In this document: positions 27,886-39,206 of the stretch, one piece after another
How positions within the stretch are numbered: position 1 is the first letter of the stretch
How the letters are laid out: each line of letters opens with the position of its first letter
Assembly: GCA_964598335.1 (NCBI GenBank)
Contig: CAZRBL010000009.1
Coordinates: forward strand, 4,981-68,980
Length of the DNA stretch: 64,000 nt
From: an uncultured Rhodospirillales bacterium
Lineage (GTDB): Bacteria; Pseudomonadota; Alphaproteobacteria; CAZRBL01
Reading direction: 5' to 3'
The notes under the pieces: model-generated
Seen by the model: only the letters and a program-made list of their open reading frames with translations
Told to the model about the DNA's origin: nothing
The model's database searches: none
Program-made: the position numbers and the translations under genes

Positions 27886-29655
27886 TTAAACCAACCAATC
27901 CCAATAAGCGGTGTTCTCGCCGGCGACGCCGCTGCTGCCGAAGCCGGCGGCGTCGCTGCTGCCGAAGCCGGCGGCGTCGCTGCTGTCCAGCGCCACGGCT
28001 GCCGGGTCGAAGTCGTCATTGATGATCGTGCCGCCCAGAGTGAGTTCGACGGCACTGTCGATGACGCCGATTTCCGCGGCCGCTGAACCGTCGGTAAAGG
28101 CCAGCGTGACCGGGTTATTCAGGGATACCGTCGTTCGCCCGCCCGATGCTGTTTCGACCACCAGACCGTTAATGCCTTCCCGGGTGATCGTCGCATCGGC
28201 CAGCGCGATGTCGAATTCGACGCGGTCGCCGGTATTGCCGGCTGTCGAGACAGTGGCACCGCTGCGTATCTGAAGCGTTTCAGCGGCGGCGGTCGAAACC
28301 ACATCGGCGTTGAAATCGATCAGCAGGCTTTGCGCATCGCCCGATAACAGAATGCGGTTTCCGGCAGCGCTGCCGTCATTCGGGTTCGCGGTCATCGTAT
28401 CGCGGACCCATACCGTGCCGAGGTCTACGGTATCGCGCAGGATCAGACCCGCACTGGACAGTAATATTTCGACCGCGTCCCCAACGGTTCCGATCCGTGC
28501 TGCGAGCTGGCGGTCTACGAAGGAAAGGTCGGCATCGGCGTTCAGGGTCAGCCGTGCTTCGGTCGAATCCGTCTGATGGGAGAGGACAAGCGTGTTGATG
28601 CCCTCACGCTCGGCGGTAAAATCGAACACGCTTTGCTCGAAGATGACGCGGTCGCCGACATTCAGTGCCATGCTGACTTGCGCGCCAGCAGGAATGGTAA
28701 TCGTCTCTGCGGCCGCGCTGCCGACAATGTCAGCGGCGAAAGGCACCGCAACTGTCTGGGTTTCGCCGCCCAGAATGACCCGGTTGGGCGTGATCTCGGG
28801 GGCGGGGCCGGGCTCGGGTTCGGGGTCCGTTTCGGGCTCTGGCACCGGGGCCGGATCGGGGGCTGCGGTGAAGCTTGCCGTGCTTTCGCCGATGGCGAAG
28901 CTGCCGTCTGCGAACTGTATGGTTTCAATATTGCGCAGCTCGGCAAAGGTGTTGGTGCCGACCAATGAGCCGTAAAGGGTGACCACGCCCACCGCGCCGG
29001 CCGTATCGTCGGAGACGCCGAGGGTGAAGGCGCTGCTATTGGCAGCGATCGTCAGCGTGTCGTCACCGGCACCGAGATCGATCCTGAAATCGCTGGCGGT
29101 CAGGGCGCGGCTGTCGGCGCCCGCGGTCCCGGTGATCACCGGGGCGTCGCTGGCGATCAGCGCATCATTGATGACGTCAGGCTGGGCGCGGTTGCCTGCG
29201 GGATCCTCGTAAAAGCCGTTATTGGTATTCGGCTCGAGCCGGGTGAAGGCATCGGCAACTTCCATGCCGATAAGCACCTGACCGAACAGGCTATAATCAT
29301 TGTCGAGAAAGCTCGCGTCATCATAGACGATGAAGAACTGGCTGTTGCCGCTGTCGCGATCATTACCGGCCCGCGCCATCGAAACGGCGCCGCGAACATG
29401 CGGGATCTCGCTGGGCTCAAGGACCAGATCGGGGAGGTCGGAGCCGCCGAAACCGGTGCCGAGCGGATCGCCGGCCTGCGCGACGAAGCCGTCGATTACC
29501 CGATGCCAGAGAATGCCGTCATAGAAATCATCGCGGGTCAGGTCACGCATGCGCTGGCTGTGATTGGGCGCGGTGACCGGATCGAGCTCGATGACGATAT
29601 TGCCCTCGGTGGTGAACAATATCCAGATGTTGTCCGGGTCTTTCGCCTCTTCCAT
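27886..29655 (-). CDS. Cyclophilin-type peptidyl-prolyl cis-trans isomerase fused to a ~420-aa C-terminal repeat-containing domain of unknown function.
   Basis: Residues ~8-165 carry cyclophilin motifs (HRVIDGFVAQAGDP, SMARAGNDRDSGNSQFFIVYDDASFLD). Then a GAGDDTL calcium-binding-like motif and a Pro/Glu-rich linker (PDPAPVPEPETDPEPEPGPAPE). Then two tandem ~75-aa internal repeats (RVILGGETQTVAVPFAADIVGSAAAETITIPAGAQVS... vs RILLSGDAQSLLIDFNADVVSTAAAETLQIRSGATVS...). C-terminal SSDAAGFGSSDAAGFGSS...TAYWDWLV; no N-terminal signal peptide. Confidence 0.65.
   Translation of the reverse strand: MEEAKDPDNIWILFTTEGNIVIELDPVTAPNHSQRMRDLTRDDFYDGILWHRVIDGFVAQAGDPLGTGFGGSDLPDLVLEPSEIPHVRGAVSMARAGNDRDSGNSQFFIVYDDASFLDNDYSLFGQVLIGMEVADAFTRLEPNTNNGFYEDPAGNRAQPDVINDALIASDAPVITGTAGADSRALTASDFRIDLGAGDDTLTIAANSSAFTLGVSDDTAGAVGVVTLYGSLVGTNTFAELRNIETIQFADGSFAIGESTASFTAAPDPAPVPEPETDPEPEPGPAPEITPNRVILGGETQTVAVPFAADIVGSAAAETITIPAGAQVSMALNVGDRVIFEQSVFDFTAEREGINTLVLSHQTDSTEARLTLNADADLSFVDRQLAARIGTVGDAVEILLSSAGLILRDTVDLGTVWVRDTMTANPNDGSAAGNRILLSGDAQSLLIDFNADVVSTAAAETLQIRSGATVSTAGNTGDRVEFDIALADATITREGINGLVVETASGGRTTVSLNNPVTLAFTDGSAAAEIGVIDSAVELTLGGTIINDDFDPAAVALDSSDAAGFGSSDAAGFGSSGVAGENTAYWDWLV
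27931..27986. repeat. Tandem 24-bp repeat (GCTGCTGCCGAAGCCGGCGGCGTC, ~2.3 copies) inside the 3' end of the cyclophilin-fusion gene.
   Basis: Read directly from the sequence. Encodes the SDAAGFGS repeats on the minus strand. Confidence 0.85.
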
Positions 29656-29862
29656 GGCGATCCTCCAAGTCTATGCCGCGTGCGCCTGTTTATGGCCGCT
29701 TCGGCGGGTACAGTAAATATGAGAGTCCGGGCAAAGATGGCAGCCATGCGGCAGGTTCGTATCAGCCGGAAATCGGTCTGAACCGGTTTTCCCGAGTTAC
29801 CCCCCGCTGGCCTTACCGGTGGGGATTTGATAGCACCATAAAACTCACCGACAGCGATAGCG

Positions 29863-30324
29863 ATGACCGTGTCCTCGAAGCCGATTGCCCTTGCCGCCGA
29901 TCACGCCGGATTTCCCTTGAAGCAGGAGATCAAGGCGATGCTCGAAGAGCAGGGCCATGCGGTGCTCGATCTCGGCACCGACAGCCTCGATTCGGTCGAC
30001 TATCCGGCCTTCGGCACGGCCATGGGAGAAGCGATCGGGGACCGGCAGGCCGAGATTGGCATCATCGTCTGCGGCAGCGGCATCGGTATCTCGATCGCCG
30101 CCAACCGCAACCCTACGGTTCGTGCGGCGCTGTGCCATGATGTCACCGGAGCGCGCCTTGCCCGGCAGCATAATGACGCCAATGTGCTGGCTCTGGGAGC
30201 CCGGCTCACCGGTGCGCAGACGGCACGCGATTGCGTGACCGCCTTTCTCGAGACCCCGTTTGAAGGCGGTCGGCACGAGCGCCGCGTAGCGATGCTCGGG
30301 CAGAAAATTAAGAATGAAGTATAA
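29863..30324 (+). CDS. rpiB: Ribose-5-phosphate isomerase B.
   Basis: IALAADHAGFPLKQ...GIIVCGSGIGISIAANR motifs of RpiB/LacAB family; 153 aa. Confidence 0.85.
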   Translation: MTVSSKPIALAADHAGFPLKQEIKAMLEEQGHAVLDLGTDSLDSVDYPAFGTAMGEAIGDRQAEIGIIVCGSGIGISIAANRNPTVRAALCHDVTGARLARQHNDANVLALGARLTGAQTARDCVTAFLETPFEGGRHERRVAMLGQKIKNEV

Positions 30325-30350
30325 GACTTTGATAGTCGAGGAAATCTCTG

Positions 30351-31658
<1,308 letters not shown>

Positions 31659-31677
31659 ACCCGGCTGAGGCGCGCCG

Positions 31678-32139
31678 ATGCGATGTCCGTTCTGCGGTAA
31701 CGAAGACACGCAGGTCAAGGATTCGAGGCCGACCGAGGATTCCGCGGCCATTCGCAGACGTCGGCAGTGCACCAATTGCGGCGCGCGCTTTACCACCTTC
31801 GAGCGGGTCCAGCTTCGCGAGCTGACGGTGATCAAGACCGATGGCGGTCGCGAGCCCTTTGACCGCGAGAAATTGCTGCGCTCGATGCGGATCAGCCTGC
31901 GCAAGCGTCCGGTCGACAGTGAGCGGATAGACCGCGTCGTCAATGCAATGGTGCGGCAGCTTGAATCGTCGGGTGAGACAGACATTCAGACCAAGCAGAT
32001 CGGCGAGATGGTGATGCGGGCCTTGGCGCAGCTCGATCAGGTGGCTTATATCCGCTATGCCTCGGTGTATAAGGATTTCCGTGAGGCCTCCGATTTCACG
32101 GAGTTTCTGACCGAGTTGCCGCCCGACGAGGACGCTTGA
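31678..32139 (+). CDS. nrdR: Transcriptional repressor NrdR.
   Basis: [21 protein letters not shown]...[17 protein letters not shown] zinc ribbon plus ATP-cone. Conserved position downstream of glyA. Confidence 0.9.
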   Translation: MRCPFCGNEDTQVKDSRPTEDSAAIRRRRQCTNCGARFTTFERVQLRELTVIKTDGGREPFDREKLLRSMRISLRKRPVDSERIDRVVNAMVRQLESSGETDIQTKQIGEMVMRALAQLDQVAYIRYASVYKDFREASDFTEFLTELPPDEDA

Positions 32140-32196
32140 CCGCGTCCTTGTTTCCTCGTTTTTCGTCCTGACTCGAAGCAACCGACCGCGCATTCC

Positions 32197-32679
32197 ATGA
32201 ACAGCCTCCGGCCCTCGGCGCCGCATATCATGATCCTTGAGGCGACCGATGAGAAACCGGTCACCGACGAGATGACCCGCGGTGCAATCGCCGAGCTCGC
32301 CGCCAGCGGTGCGAGTTTCGAGCGTTTCGCGGTTCCGGGCGTGTTCGAGCTGCCGGCGGCGCTCAAATACGCGATCCGGTCGATGGAGCTGGCGCCCTCA
32401 CGGCGCCGTTTCGACGGCTATCTCGCGCTGGGCTGCGTCATCCGCGATCGATCTGCGGACTATGACCATATCGGCCGCGAGTGCAGCCGCGGTCTCCAGC
32501 AATTGGCGATCGATTATGCCCTGGCGCTGGGTTTCGGCGTGTTGATGGTCGACAAGGAAGAACAAGCGGCAAGGCTGGCCGCAGTCGATGAGGGCAATAA
32601 GGGCGCTGAAACCGCCCGCAATTGCCTCAGCATGGTCGAGCTGAAACGGCACTTCAAACTTTTCCCGCGCCTGATCTGA
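32197..32679 (+). CDS. ribH: 6,7-dimethyl-8-ribityllumazine synthase.
   Basis: 160 aa with the VPGVFELP motif. Position between nrdR and nusB is the conserved alphaproteobacterial arrangement. Confidence 0.75.
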   Translation: MNSLRPSAPHIMILEATDEKPVTDEMTRGAIAELAASGASFERFAVPGVFELPAALKYAIRSMELAPSRRRFDGYLALGCVIRDRSADYDHIGRECSRGLQQLAIDYALALGFGVLMVDKEEQAARLAAVDEGNKGAETARNCLSMVELKRHFKLFPRLI

Positions 32680-32684
32680 TCACC

Positions 32685-33212
32685 ATGGTCGATCCGCAGG
32701 ATTCTGATGCGATGACGGCAGCCGGTCGCCGGCTGCGCAAACGCCGCCCCGGCACCGCCCCCTCCACCTCGGCGAAAAGGCGCGCGGCGCGCCTGGTCGC
32801 GATCCAGGCGCTCTATCAGCTTGTTCTCAATGGCGGCGGTCCGGTTCAGGCGCTGCGTGATCAGCTATCCTATAGCGGCGGCGAGAACCTTGACGGCGAG
32901 GCACTGGTCCCGCCCGATACCAAGCTTTCGGAGCGCATTGTCCTCGGCGTCCATGAAAGGCGCGACGATATCGACGGCATGATCGAAGGCGCGCTCAACC
33001 CGAAGCGCGATGTCGGCCGGCTCGATACAGTGCTGCGCGTCATTCTCCAGGCCGGTGTCTGGGAAATTCTGGCGGAGCCGCAAACGGATCTCGGCATCAT
33101 CGTCAACGATTATCTCGAGATCACCCACGGCTTTTATGACGGTCAGGAAAGCCGCTTGGTCAATGCCGTTCTCGACCGGCTCGGCAAAGTGCTGCGCGAC
33201 GATGGCGGATAA
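32685..33212 (+). CDS. nusB: Transcription antitermination factor NusB.
   Basis: AARLVAIQALYQL motif. Start uncertain (Met at 32685 or 32712; the ORF-track start 32622 overlaps ribH). Stop TAA at 33210-33212 overlaps the thiL start. Confidence 0.75.
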   Translation: MVDPQDSDAMTAAGRRLRKRRPGTAPSTSAKRRAARLVAIQALYQLVLNGGGPVQALRDQLSYSGGENLDGEALVPPDTKLSERIVLGVHERRDDIDGMIEGALNPKRDVGRLDTVLRVILQAGVWEILAEPQTDLGIIVNDYLEITHGFYDGQESRLVNAVLDRLGKVLRDDGG

Positions 33213-34197
33213 GCCGGGCCAGCTGGGCGAATTCGAGCGGATCGCCCGGTTCTTCCGGCCGCTGGCGGCGCATGAGCCCGGAGCCCTGGCGCTGACCGAC
33301 GATGCCGGGCTGCTGAGTGTTCCGCCTGGCGATGAGTTGGTGCTGACCGTGGATGCGGTGGTCGAAAATGTGCATTTTCTGCCCGACGACCCGCCGGCCG
33401 CCATCGCCCGCAAGGCGCTCAGGGTGAACCTCTCCGATCTCGCGGCGATGGGGGCCGTCCCGCGCTCTTACCTGCTGACCCTTTGCCTGCCCAGTGCGCG
33501 CGATGATGCGTGGCTGGCGGCATTCTGCGAGGGGCTGGCGGCGGATCAGAAGCAATTCGCCGTTACCCTGCTGGGCGGAGACACCGTGCGAACCGACGGC
33601 CCGGCGACATTGTCGGTGACGGCTTTGGGGCTGGTACCGCAGGGCAGGGCGCTGAAACGCGGCGGCGCCCTTGCCGGCGATACTGTCTTCGTCACCGGCA
33701 CAATCGGTGATGCCGGCCTCGGGCTGAGGTGCCTGCGCGGCGAGTTGCCGGAGATCGCGGCCCCGGATGCGGATTTCCTCATCGACCGCTATCGCATTCC
33801 GCAGCCGCGCACCGGCCTCGGCGACGCCCTTCGCGCGCACGCCCATGCGGGGCTCGATATCTCCGACGGCTTGCTCGCCGATATCGGCCATATCGCGCGC
33901 GCCTCGAATCGCGATATCGCGCTGCGCCGGGATGCGGTTCCGCTCTCGCCTGCTGCGCGCGCGGCTGTCGCGGCGGGCAGCGCCTCCGTCGCCGAGCTGT
34001 GCACGCTGGGCGACGATTACGAGCTCGCCTTTACGGCGTCGCCATCCGCGGCCGATGATCTTGCCGCCGCCGCCGCAAGGGCGGGGACGACAATCACGCC
34101 GATCGGCGAGGTCGGAGAAAAGTGCGGCACCGTCACTCTCCTCGATGGCAACGGCGTCGCAATTGCCGTCGACGGAGCTCAGGGCTACCAGCATTAA
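33202..34197 (+). CDS. thiL: Thiamine-monophosphate kinase.
   Basis: Start trimmed to MADKPGQLGEFERIARFF (atg at 33202). AIR-synthase-related fold motifs (LTDDAGLL..., DLAAMGA). Conserved nusB-thiL linkage. Confidence 0.8.
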   Translation: MADKPGQLGEFERIARFFRPLAAHEPGALALTDDAGLLSVPPGDELVLTVDAVVENVHFLPDDPPAAIARKALRVNLSDLAAMGAVPRSYLLTLCLPSARDDAWLAAFCEGLAADQKQFAVTLLGGDTVRTDGPATLSVTALGLVPQGRALKRGGALAGDTVFVTGTIGDAGLGLRCLRGELPEIAAPDADFLIDRYRIPQPRTGLGDALRAHAHAGLDISDGLLADIGHIARASNRDIALRRDAVPLSPAARAAVAAGSASVAELCTLGDDYELAFTASPSAADDLAAAAARAGTTITPIGEVGEKCGTVTLLDGNGVAIAVDGAQGYQH

Positions 34198-34226
34198 GCG
34201 GCCGTTAGGCGCCTCGCCGCTATGCT

Positions 34227-34655
34227 TTGTTCATGCACAAATCTTCCCTGTTCATCATCCTGTTGTTTCTGGTCGTCGGTCTGATTGCGCCTGCTGCTTT
34301 TGCCGCGGATAAAAAAGGCGTTGATCAAGACGACGTCGTCTTCATTCCGATGGATCCCCTGTTTCTGCCGATTTTCGATCCCGATACCGGCAACAAGACC
34401 TTCACGCTGATGTTCAGCCTCGAAATTCATGATGTCGATGATGCGACGGTGGTGCATTCCAATGTGCCGCGGCTGTCCGATGCCTATATCGGGCTGCTGT
34501 ACGGGTCCTTGCAGGAACGGGGACTCGTGCGCACCGGCGGCTTTGTCGATATGCCGCGGGTGAAGGAGGAGCTTGCGCTGGTCAGCAATGAGGTGCTGGG
34601 CAGCGACATTGTAAAAGACGTTCTAATTCAAAAAGTTAGTATACATTCTCATTGA
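34227..34655 (+). CDS. Small secreted hypothetical protein (142 aa, signal peptide).
   Basis: MFMHKSSLFIILLFLVVGLIAPAAFAADKK signal peptide. No recognisable domain. Confidence 0.4.
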   Translation: MFMHKSSLFIILLFLVVGLIAPAAFAADKKGVDQDDVVFIPMDPLFLPIFDPDTGNKTFTLMFSLEIHDVDDATVVHSNVPRLSDAYIGLLYGSLQERGLVRTGGFVDMPRVKEELALVSNEVLGSDIVKDVLIQKVSIHSH

Positions 34656-34811
34656 GCGTTGCGGCGTCCCTGACCGGTGACGCCGCCATTCTTGCCTTTT
34701 TGACCACCCTTGGGCATTGTCCGCGCGCTTTGCTGTCGAGGTCTTTCGGCGGCGACGTCGATAAGACAATCATCCTCACGACACTCAAAACACGCTGATT
34801 CGAGGAATCCC

Positions 34812-36911
34812 ATGGGTCTCACGGAAGTGATCGTTATCGCCTGCGGTGTGCTGGCGGTTCTCTACGGCTTTGTCGTCTATGGCCGTATCGTCAAGCTGGA
34901 CGCCGGCAATGAGCGGATGCAGGAAATCGCTGCCGCCATCCAGGAAGGCGCCGAGGCCTATCTCAACCGCCAATACAAGACCATCGCCATTGTCGGCGTT
35001 GTCATCGGCGTGTTGCTGGGCGTGGTTTTGGGCCTGCCCGTCGCCATAGGCTATTTCATCGGCGCGATCCTGTCCGGCGCGGCCGGCTATATCGGGATGA
35101 ATATCTCGGTCCGCGCCAATGTCCGCACCACACAAGCCGCCCGCAGCGGCCTCCAGAAGGCGCTTGACGTTGCCTTCCAGGCGGGCGCCATAACCGGTTT
35201 TCTGGTCGTCGGTCTCGGATTGCTCGGCCTCGCCGGTTACTATTACGCGCTGCTGGCCCTGGGCACGGCGGACCGGGTGATCATCGAAGCGCTCGTCGCG
35301 CTCGGTTTCGGTGCCTCGCTGATCTCGATCTTCGCCCGTCTGGGCGGCGGCATTTTCACCAAAGGCGCTGATGTCGGCGCCGATCTGGTCGGCAAGATCG
35401 AAGCCGGTATCCCCGAAGATGATCCCCGGAATGCCGCCGTCATCGCCGATAATGTCGGTGACAATGTCGGCGATTGCGCCGGCATGGCGGCCGACCTCTT
35501 CGAGACCTATGCGGTGACCTTTGTCGCCACCATGCTGCTGGCCTTCACCCTGGTCGGTACGATGAGCGGCCCGCTGCTTGCGATCCCGTTGATCATCGGG
35601 GCCGTCTGTATCATCGGTTCGCTGATCGGCAGCTTTTTCGCCAAGCTCGGCGGCAGCAACAACATCATGGGCGCGCTTTACAAGGCGATGATCGTCTCGG
35701 CGGTTGTGTCGGGCATCGGTATCGTCGGTGCGCTCTTCGTGCTTCCGGGCTTCAACGGTTTCGGCCCGCTTGATCTCGGCGAGGATGTTGCGGTTACGGT
35801 CACCGGCATGCAGATTTTCATCTGTGTTCTGGTCGGTCTGGCAGTCACCGGCCTTTTGGTCTGGATCACCGAGTACTACACCTCGACCGAATTCCGGCCG
35901 GTCAAATCCGTGGCGAAATCCTCCGAAACCGGCCACGCCACAAACATCATCCAGGGTATTGCCGTCTCAATGGAAGCGACCGCCTTGCCGGTGCTGGTGA
36001 TTTCGGTCGCGATCCTGGTGTCCTATTCGGCGCTCGGCATTCTCGGCATCGGCCTTGCCGCGACGACCATGCTGGCGCTGGCCGGGATGGTGGTGACGCT
36101 GGATGCCTATGGTCCGGTGACGGATAATGCCGGCGGCATTGCCGAAATGGCGGAGCTGGAAGAAGATGTTCGTAACACCACCGATGCTCTCGACGCCGTC
36201 GGCAACACGACCAAAGCGGTGACCAAGGGCTATGCCATCGGTTCGGCGGGCCTCGCCGCGCTTGTGCTGTTTGCCGCCTATATCGAGGACATTGCCTATT
36301 ATTTCGAGGATCAGGATCTGATCTTCGAATTGCAGGATCCTTATGTCGTCGTCGGGCTGTTCATCGGCGGTCTGCTGCCCTTCCTGTTCGGCTCCATGGG
36401 CATGACGGCGGTCGGCCGTGCCGCAGGGTCGGTGGTCGAGGAAGTGCGCCGTCAGTTCCGCGAGAAGCCGGGCATCATGCAGGGTACCGAAAAGCCCGAT
36501 TACAGCCGCGCCGTCGATCTGCTGACCAAAGCGGCGATCAAGGAAATGATCCTGCCCTCGATGCTGCCGGTTCTGGCGCCGATCGTGTTCTTCGCGATCA
36601 TCGCCTTTGCCGCCGATCTTTCCGCGGCCTTTGTCGCGCTCGGGGCCATGCTGCTCGGCACCATCGTCACCGGCATCTTCGTCGCCCTGTCGATGACCTC
36701 GGGCGGCGGCGCTTGGGATAACGCCAAGAAATATATTGAAGAGGGCAATCACGGCGGTAAGGGCAGCGAAGCCCATATGGCGGCAGTGACCGGCGATACC
36801 GTCGGCGACCCTTACAAGGACACCGCGGGGCCGGCGATCAATCCGATGATCAAGATCGCCAATGTCGTGGCGCTGCTGTTGTTGGCCGTGCTGGCGAAAT
36901 TCATGGGGTAA
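34812..36911 (+). CDS. hppA: Membrane-bound K+-insensitive/proton-translocating pyrophosphatase.
   Basis: Start trimmed to [19 protein letters not shown] (atg at 34812, GAGGAA RBS). H+-PPase motifs ([57 protein letters not shown]). Confidence 0.9.
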   Translation: MGLTEVIVIACGVLAVLYGFVVYGRIVKLDAGNERMQEIAAAIQEGAEAYLNRQYKTIAIVGVVIGVLLGVVLGLPVAIGYFIGAILSGAAGYIGMNISVRANVRTTQAARSGLQKALDVAFQAGAITGFLVVGLGLLGLAGYYYALLALGTADRVIIEALVALGFGASLISIFARLGGGIFTKGADVGADLVGKIEAGIPEDDPRNAAVIADNVGDNVGDCAGMAADLFETYAVTFVATMLLAFTLVGTMSGPLLAIPLIIGAVCIIGSLIGSFFAKLGGSNNIMGALYKAMIVSAVVSGIGIVGALFVLPGFNGFGPLDLGEDVAVTVTGMQIFICVLVGLAVTGLLVWITEYYTSTEFRPVKSVAKSSETGHATNIIQGIAVSMEATALPVLVISVAILVSYSALGILGIGLAATTMLALAGMVVTLDAYGPVTDNAGGIAEMAELEEDVRNTTDALDAVGNTTKAVTKGYAIGSAGLAALVLFAAYIEDIAYYFEDQDLIFELQDPYVVVGLFIGGLLPFLFGSMGMTAVGRAAGSVVEEVRRQFREKPGIMQGTEKPDYSRAVDLLTKAAIKEMILPSMLPVLAPIVFFAIIAFAADLSAAFVALGAMLLGTIVTGIFVALSMTSGGGAWDNAKKYIEEGNHGGKGSEAHMAAVTGDTVGDPYKDTAGPAINPMIKIANVVALLLLAVLAKFMG

Positions 36912-36928
36912 CGCTGTCGTTTACCGGC

Positions 36929-37246
36929 TTAGTCGCCCGCCAGCAGCACGACAAAACCAACCCGGCGGTCATCTGCCGTCGGGTTGCAGGCGGTGATCAG
37001 GCCCTCACGCAGGGCCTGGACCAGGCGTTTTCCGACCGGTTGAAACAGCGTCTGGCTTTTGCCGGGAATCGCGGCGGCAAAGAAGATGAATAGTCGGCGC
37101 GGTGGCTCGTGCCGGCTATAATCGAAAACATGCTGCAGGACGTCGATGGCGGCGTCCGCTGAGAAGCCGGTCAGGTCGAGCTCTGCATCGGCCAGCTCGT
37201 TGCGGTCAAGAACAGCAAGCACCTCGCCATTGGGCTGCGCCAGCAT
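36929..37246 (-). CDS. Hypothetical protein (105 aa).
   Basis: Trimmed to MLAQPNGEVLAVLDRNELADAELDLTGFSADAAIDVL (cat at 37244-37246, preceded by an AAAGGAG SD on the coding strand). The longer ORF-track extension is likely non-coding. Confidence 0.4.
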   Translation of the reverse strand: MLAQPNGEVLAVLDRNELADAELDLTGFSADAAIDVLQHVFDYSRHEPPRRLFIFFAAAIPGKSQTLFQPVGKRLVQALREGLITACNPTADDRRVGFVVLLAGD

Positions 37247-37425
37247 GATGAAACTCCTTTCGGCCCTTTGACCGACATGTTTCCTGTGAAGCGGTTTTAC
37301 CGCCGGTTTTGGCTGGACCGGGAAGCCCCGGAACCGAGCGCAAGCTACCGGCAAAGCCCTGATTATTCGTAAATTAGCCGGTCGGGGGCTGGTTTCGCTC
37401 CGCATGATTGCGATAAGGTTTTTGC

Positions 37426-37995
37426 ATGGCTGAGTTTCTCTATTACGACCGCACGACGATTGAGAGCTGGATGCGCGACACGTTGGATCGGGCCCAACGT
37501 CGTGCTGATGTTTCCGTCTTCGATCGCGAGCTCGGCAATATGGCCTATGCGGCATACGCGCCGAAAACCCATCATGCGGCGGCGAACCTGGCGGCGCTGC
37601 ATGTTCTCTATGCCGGGCCGATGCAGCGCCTGCAGCAACAGATGGCCGAGCAATTGGCCTATGCGGGCGGGCAGCCCGTCCGGTTCGCGCCGAGTCAGCT
37701 CGAAGCCGCCGCCAATGACGAAATCGACGCCGCCCAGGTCTCGCAGTACGAACCTTCGGTGATAGCCGAACTGGTCGACTCCTTCCGTCAGTGCAATCTC
37801 GGTCAGTTGAAGGCGTATCAGGCCAATGACGAGGCGGGACAAGACCTGCAGATCGCCGCCGCCTATTTCTTCAACGGCCGTGACCGGGTCGATCAGGAGC
37901 TGCGGATGAAGCCCGACCTCGCCATGTTCCCTGCCGGTCTCGCCAAGCGCCCCCCGCAAATGCCGGTGCAGACAGTGCAGCTTGGGATGGGCTGA
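37426..37995 (+). CDS. Hypothetical protein (189 aa), no recognisable domain.
   Basis: Good third-position GC bias read codon by codon. Preferred over the overlapping minus-strand ORF 37363-37959, whose translation is low-complexity. Confidence 0.45.
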   Translation: MAEFLYYDRTTIESWMRDTLDRAQRRADVSVFDRELGNMAYAAYAPKTHHAAANLAALHVLYAGPMQRLQQQMAEQLAYAGGQPVRFAPSQLEAAANDEIDAAQVSQYEPSVIAELVDSFRQCNLGQLKAYQANDEAGQDLQIAAAYFFNGRDRVDQELRMKPDLAMFPAGLAKRPPQMPVQTVQLGMG

Positions 37996-38664
37996 TCATC
38001 GCCATCGCGGGCCGACGATCCACGCCACCAGGCTGAGCCTGGTTCCCTTCGTCACCGGCGTGACGCGGTGCATGACAAAGCTGGGAAAGGCGACGAGGGC
38101 GCCATGCTCCTTCGAGGCGACATCCATCCGGTTGGTGTGAAAGAATTCCAGATCACCGCCCTCATAGCTCGCCGGATCGCTGATCTGGACCGAGATGCTG
38201 AGCTTGCGGTGCGGTGTCGCCTTGCCGGCATCCATATGCCAGTCGTAAAACCCGGAATCGCCGGCATCATAACGGGCCAATTGCATGGCGCCGCCGAAGC
38301 CGCTGATATCAAAGCCGAAAAACTCTTCATTCAGCGCCGTGATCCGCGGCCAGAGCTTGTGATAGAGCCAGCCCCAGCCTTGCTCGGGACGCAGCCAGGT
38401 GACCTTTGAGCGCCTGATGGTGTGATCGCTGCGCTTGCCGCTGATGACCCCCTCTTCGGTGATGGTGGCGGCATGTTTTTGGATATGGGCGATTTCATGC
38501 GGCTGTAACTGGCTCGGCGTGGCGTGCTTGCGGGTAAAGCCCAGGGCGACGTCCCGATCCGTCATCGGTGCCTGACCGCGATACAGGCGCGGCGGAGCAT
38601 TGCCGCCTTCAGGTGCCGTTTGCATATCGGCGAGAACGGGTGCAGCAGCGTTCGGTTCGGTCAT
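37996..38664 (-). CDS. Fe(II)/2-oxoglutarate-dependent oxygenase (prolyl-4-hydroxylase / PKHD-type family).
   Basis: HxD...H facial triad (DWHMDAG ... VMHRVTPVTKGTRLSLVAW) with a basic residue for 2OG binding; 222 aa. Confidence 0.6.
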   Translation of the reverse strand: MTEPNAAAPVLADMQTAPEGGNAPPRLYRGQAPMTDRDVALGFTRKHATPSQLQPHEIAHIQKHAATITEEGVISGKRSDHTIRRSKVTWLRPEQGWGWLYHKLWPRITALNEEFFGFDISGFGGAMQLARYDAGDSGFYDWHMDAGKATPHRKLSISVQISDPASYEGGDLEFFHTNRMDVASKEHGALVAFPSFVMHRVTPVTKGTRLSLVAWIVGPRWR

Positions 38665-38876
38665 TGTTCAGCCTTGCATTTCCATGGCGGCGGACGGCTT
38701 GCGAATAATCAGCCTATCCTCTATATCGCAGATTGCTAGGGATTGCTGAACCGCTGTGCTGCTGCGCGGTCGAGGCGATCCCTCATTATTTTTGGACATG
38801 TCATGCTTCATTGGCGTTCGCTTGCGGACGTCCGGCTTCTGACCGCTGGGGCCATGACCGAATCTGGGATCGAACC

Positions 38877-39179
38877 ATGTCAAAACGCTGTGCCGTTACC
38901 GGCAAGGGCGTCATGACCGGCAATAATGTCAGTCACGCCAATAACAAGACCCGTCGGCGTTTCGAGCCGAATCTGCAATCGACCTCGGTGTATAGCGAGG
39001 TGCTGAAGAAGCCGATCCGGCTCCGCATGTCGGCGCATGGTCTGCGGACGCTGGAGCATAAGGGCGGGCTCGATGCCTTCGTCCTGGGCAAGTCTCCGAG
39101 CAAGCTGTCGCCCGAGCTGCGTAAAATCCGCAAACAGATTGAAGCCGCGAAAGCGCAGAGCACGGCCGTCGCCGACTAG
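38877..39179 (+). CDS. rpmB: 50S ribosomal protein L28.
   Basis: [34 protein letters not shown] matches the L28 N-terminal consensus (atg at 38877). The ORF-track upstream extension is spurious. Confidence 0.9.
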   Translation: MSKRCAVTGKGVMTGNNVSHANNKTRRRFEPNLQSTSVYSEVLKKPIRLRMSAHGLRTLEHKGGLDAFVLGKSPSKLSPELRKIRKQIEAAKAQSTAVAD

Positions 39180-39206
39180 GCTCTTTATCGCTCAAGGCCC
39201 GGCTTC

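Noticed and set aside
32197-32679. Whether the ribH-like gene is real lumazine synthase, given the atypical N-terminus (HIMILEATDE instead of the usual ...VARFN...).
   Set aside because: Kept as ribH. The VPGVFELP motif and the conserved glyA-nrdR-ribH-nusB-thiL context support it, and alphaproteobacteria encode divergent RibH types. Biochemical subtype is left open.
34785-36776. 383-aa and 269-aa minus-strand ORFs inside hppA.
   Set aside because: They are antisense to the H+-pyrophosphatase gene, which has strong homology, and their translations are Asp/Arg/Gly low-complexity.
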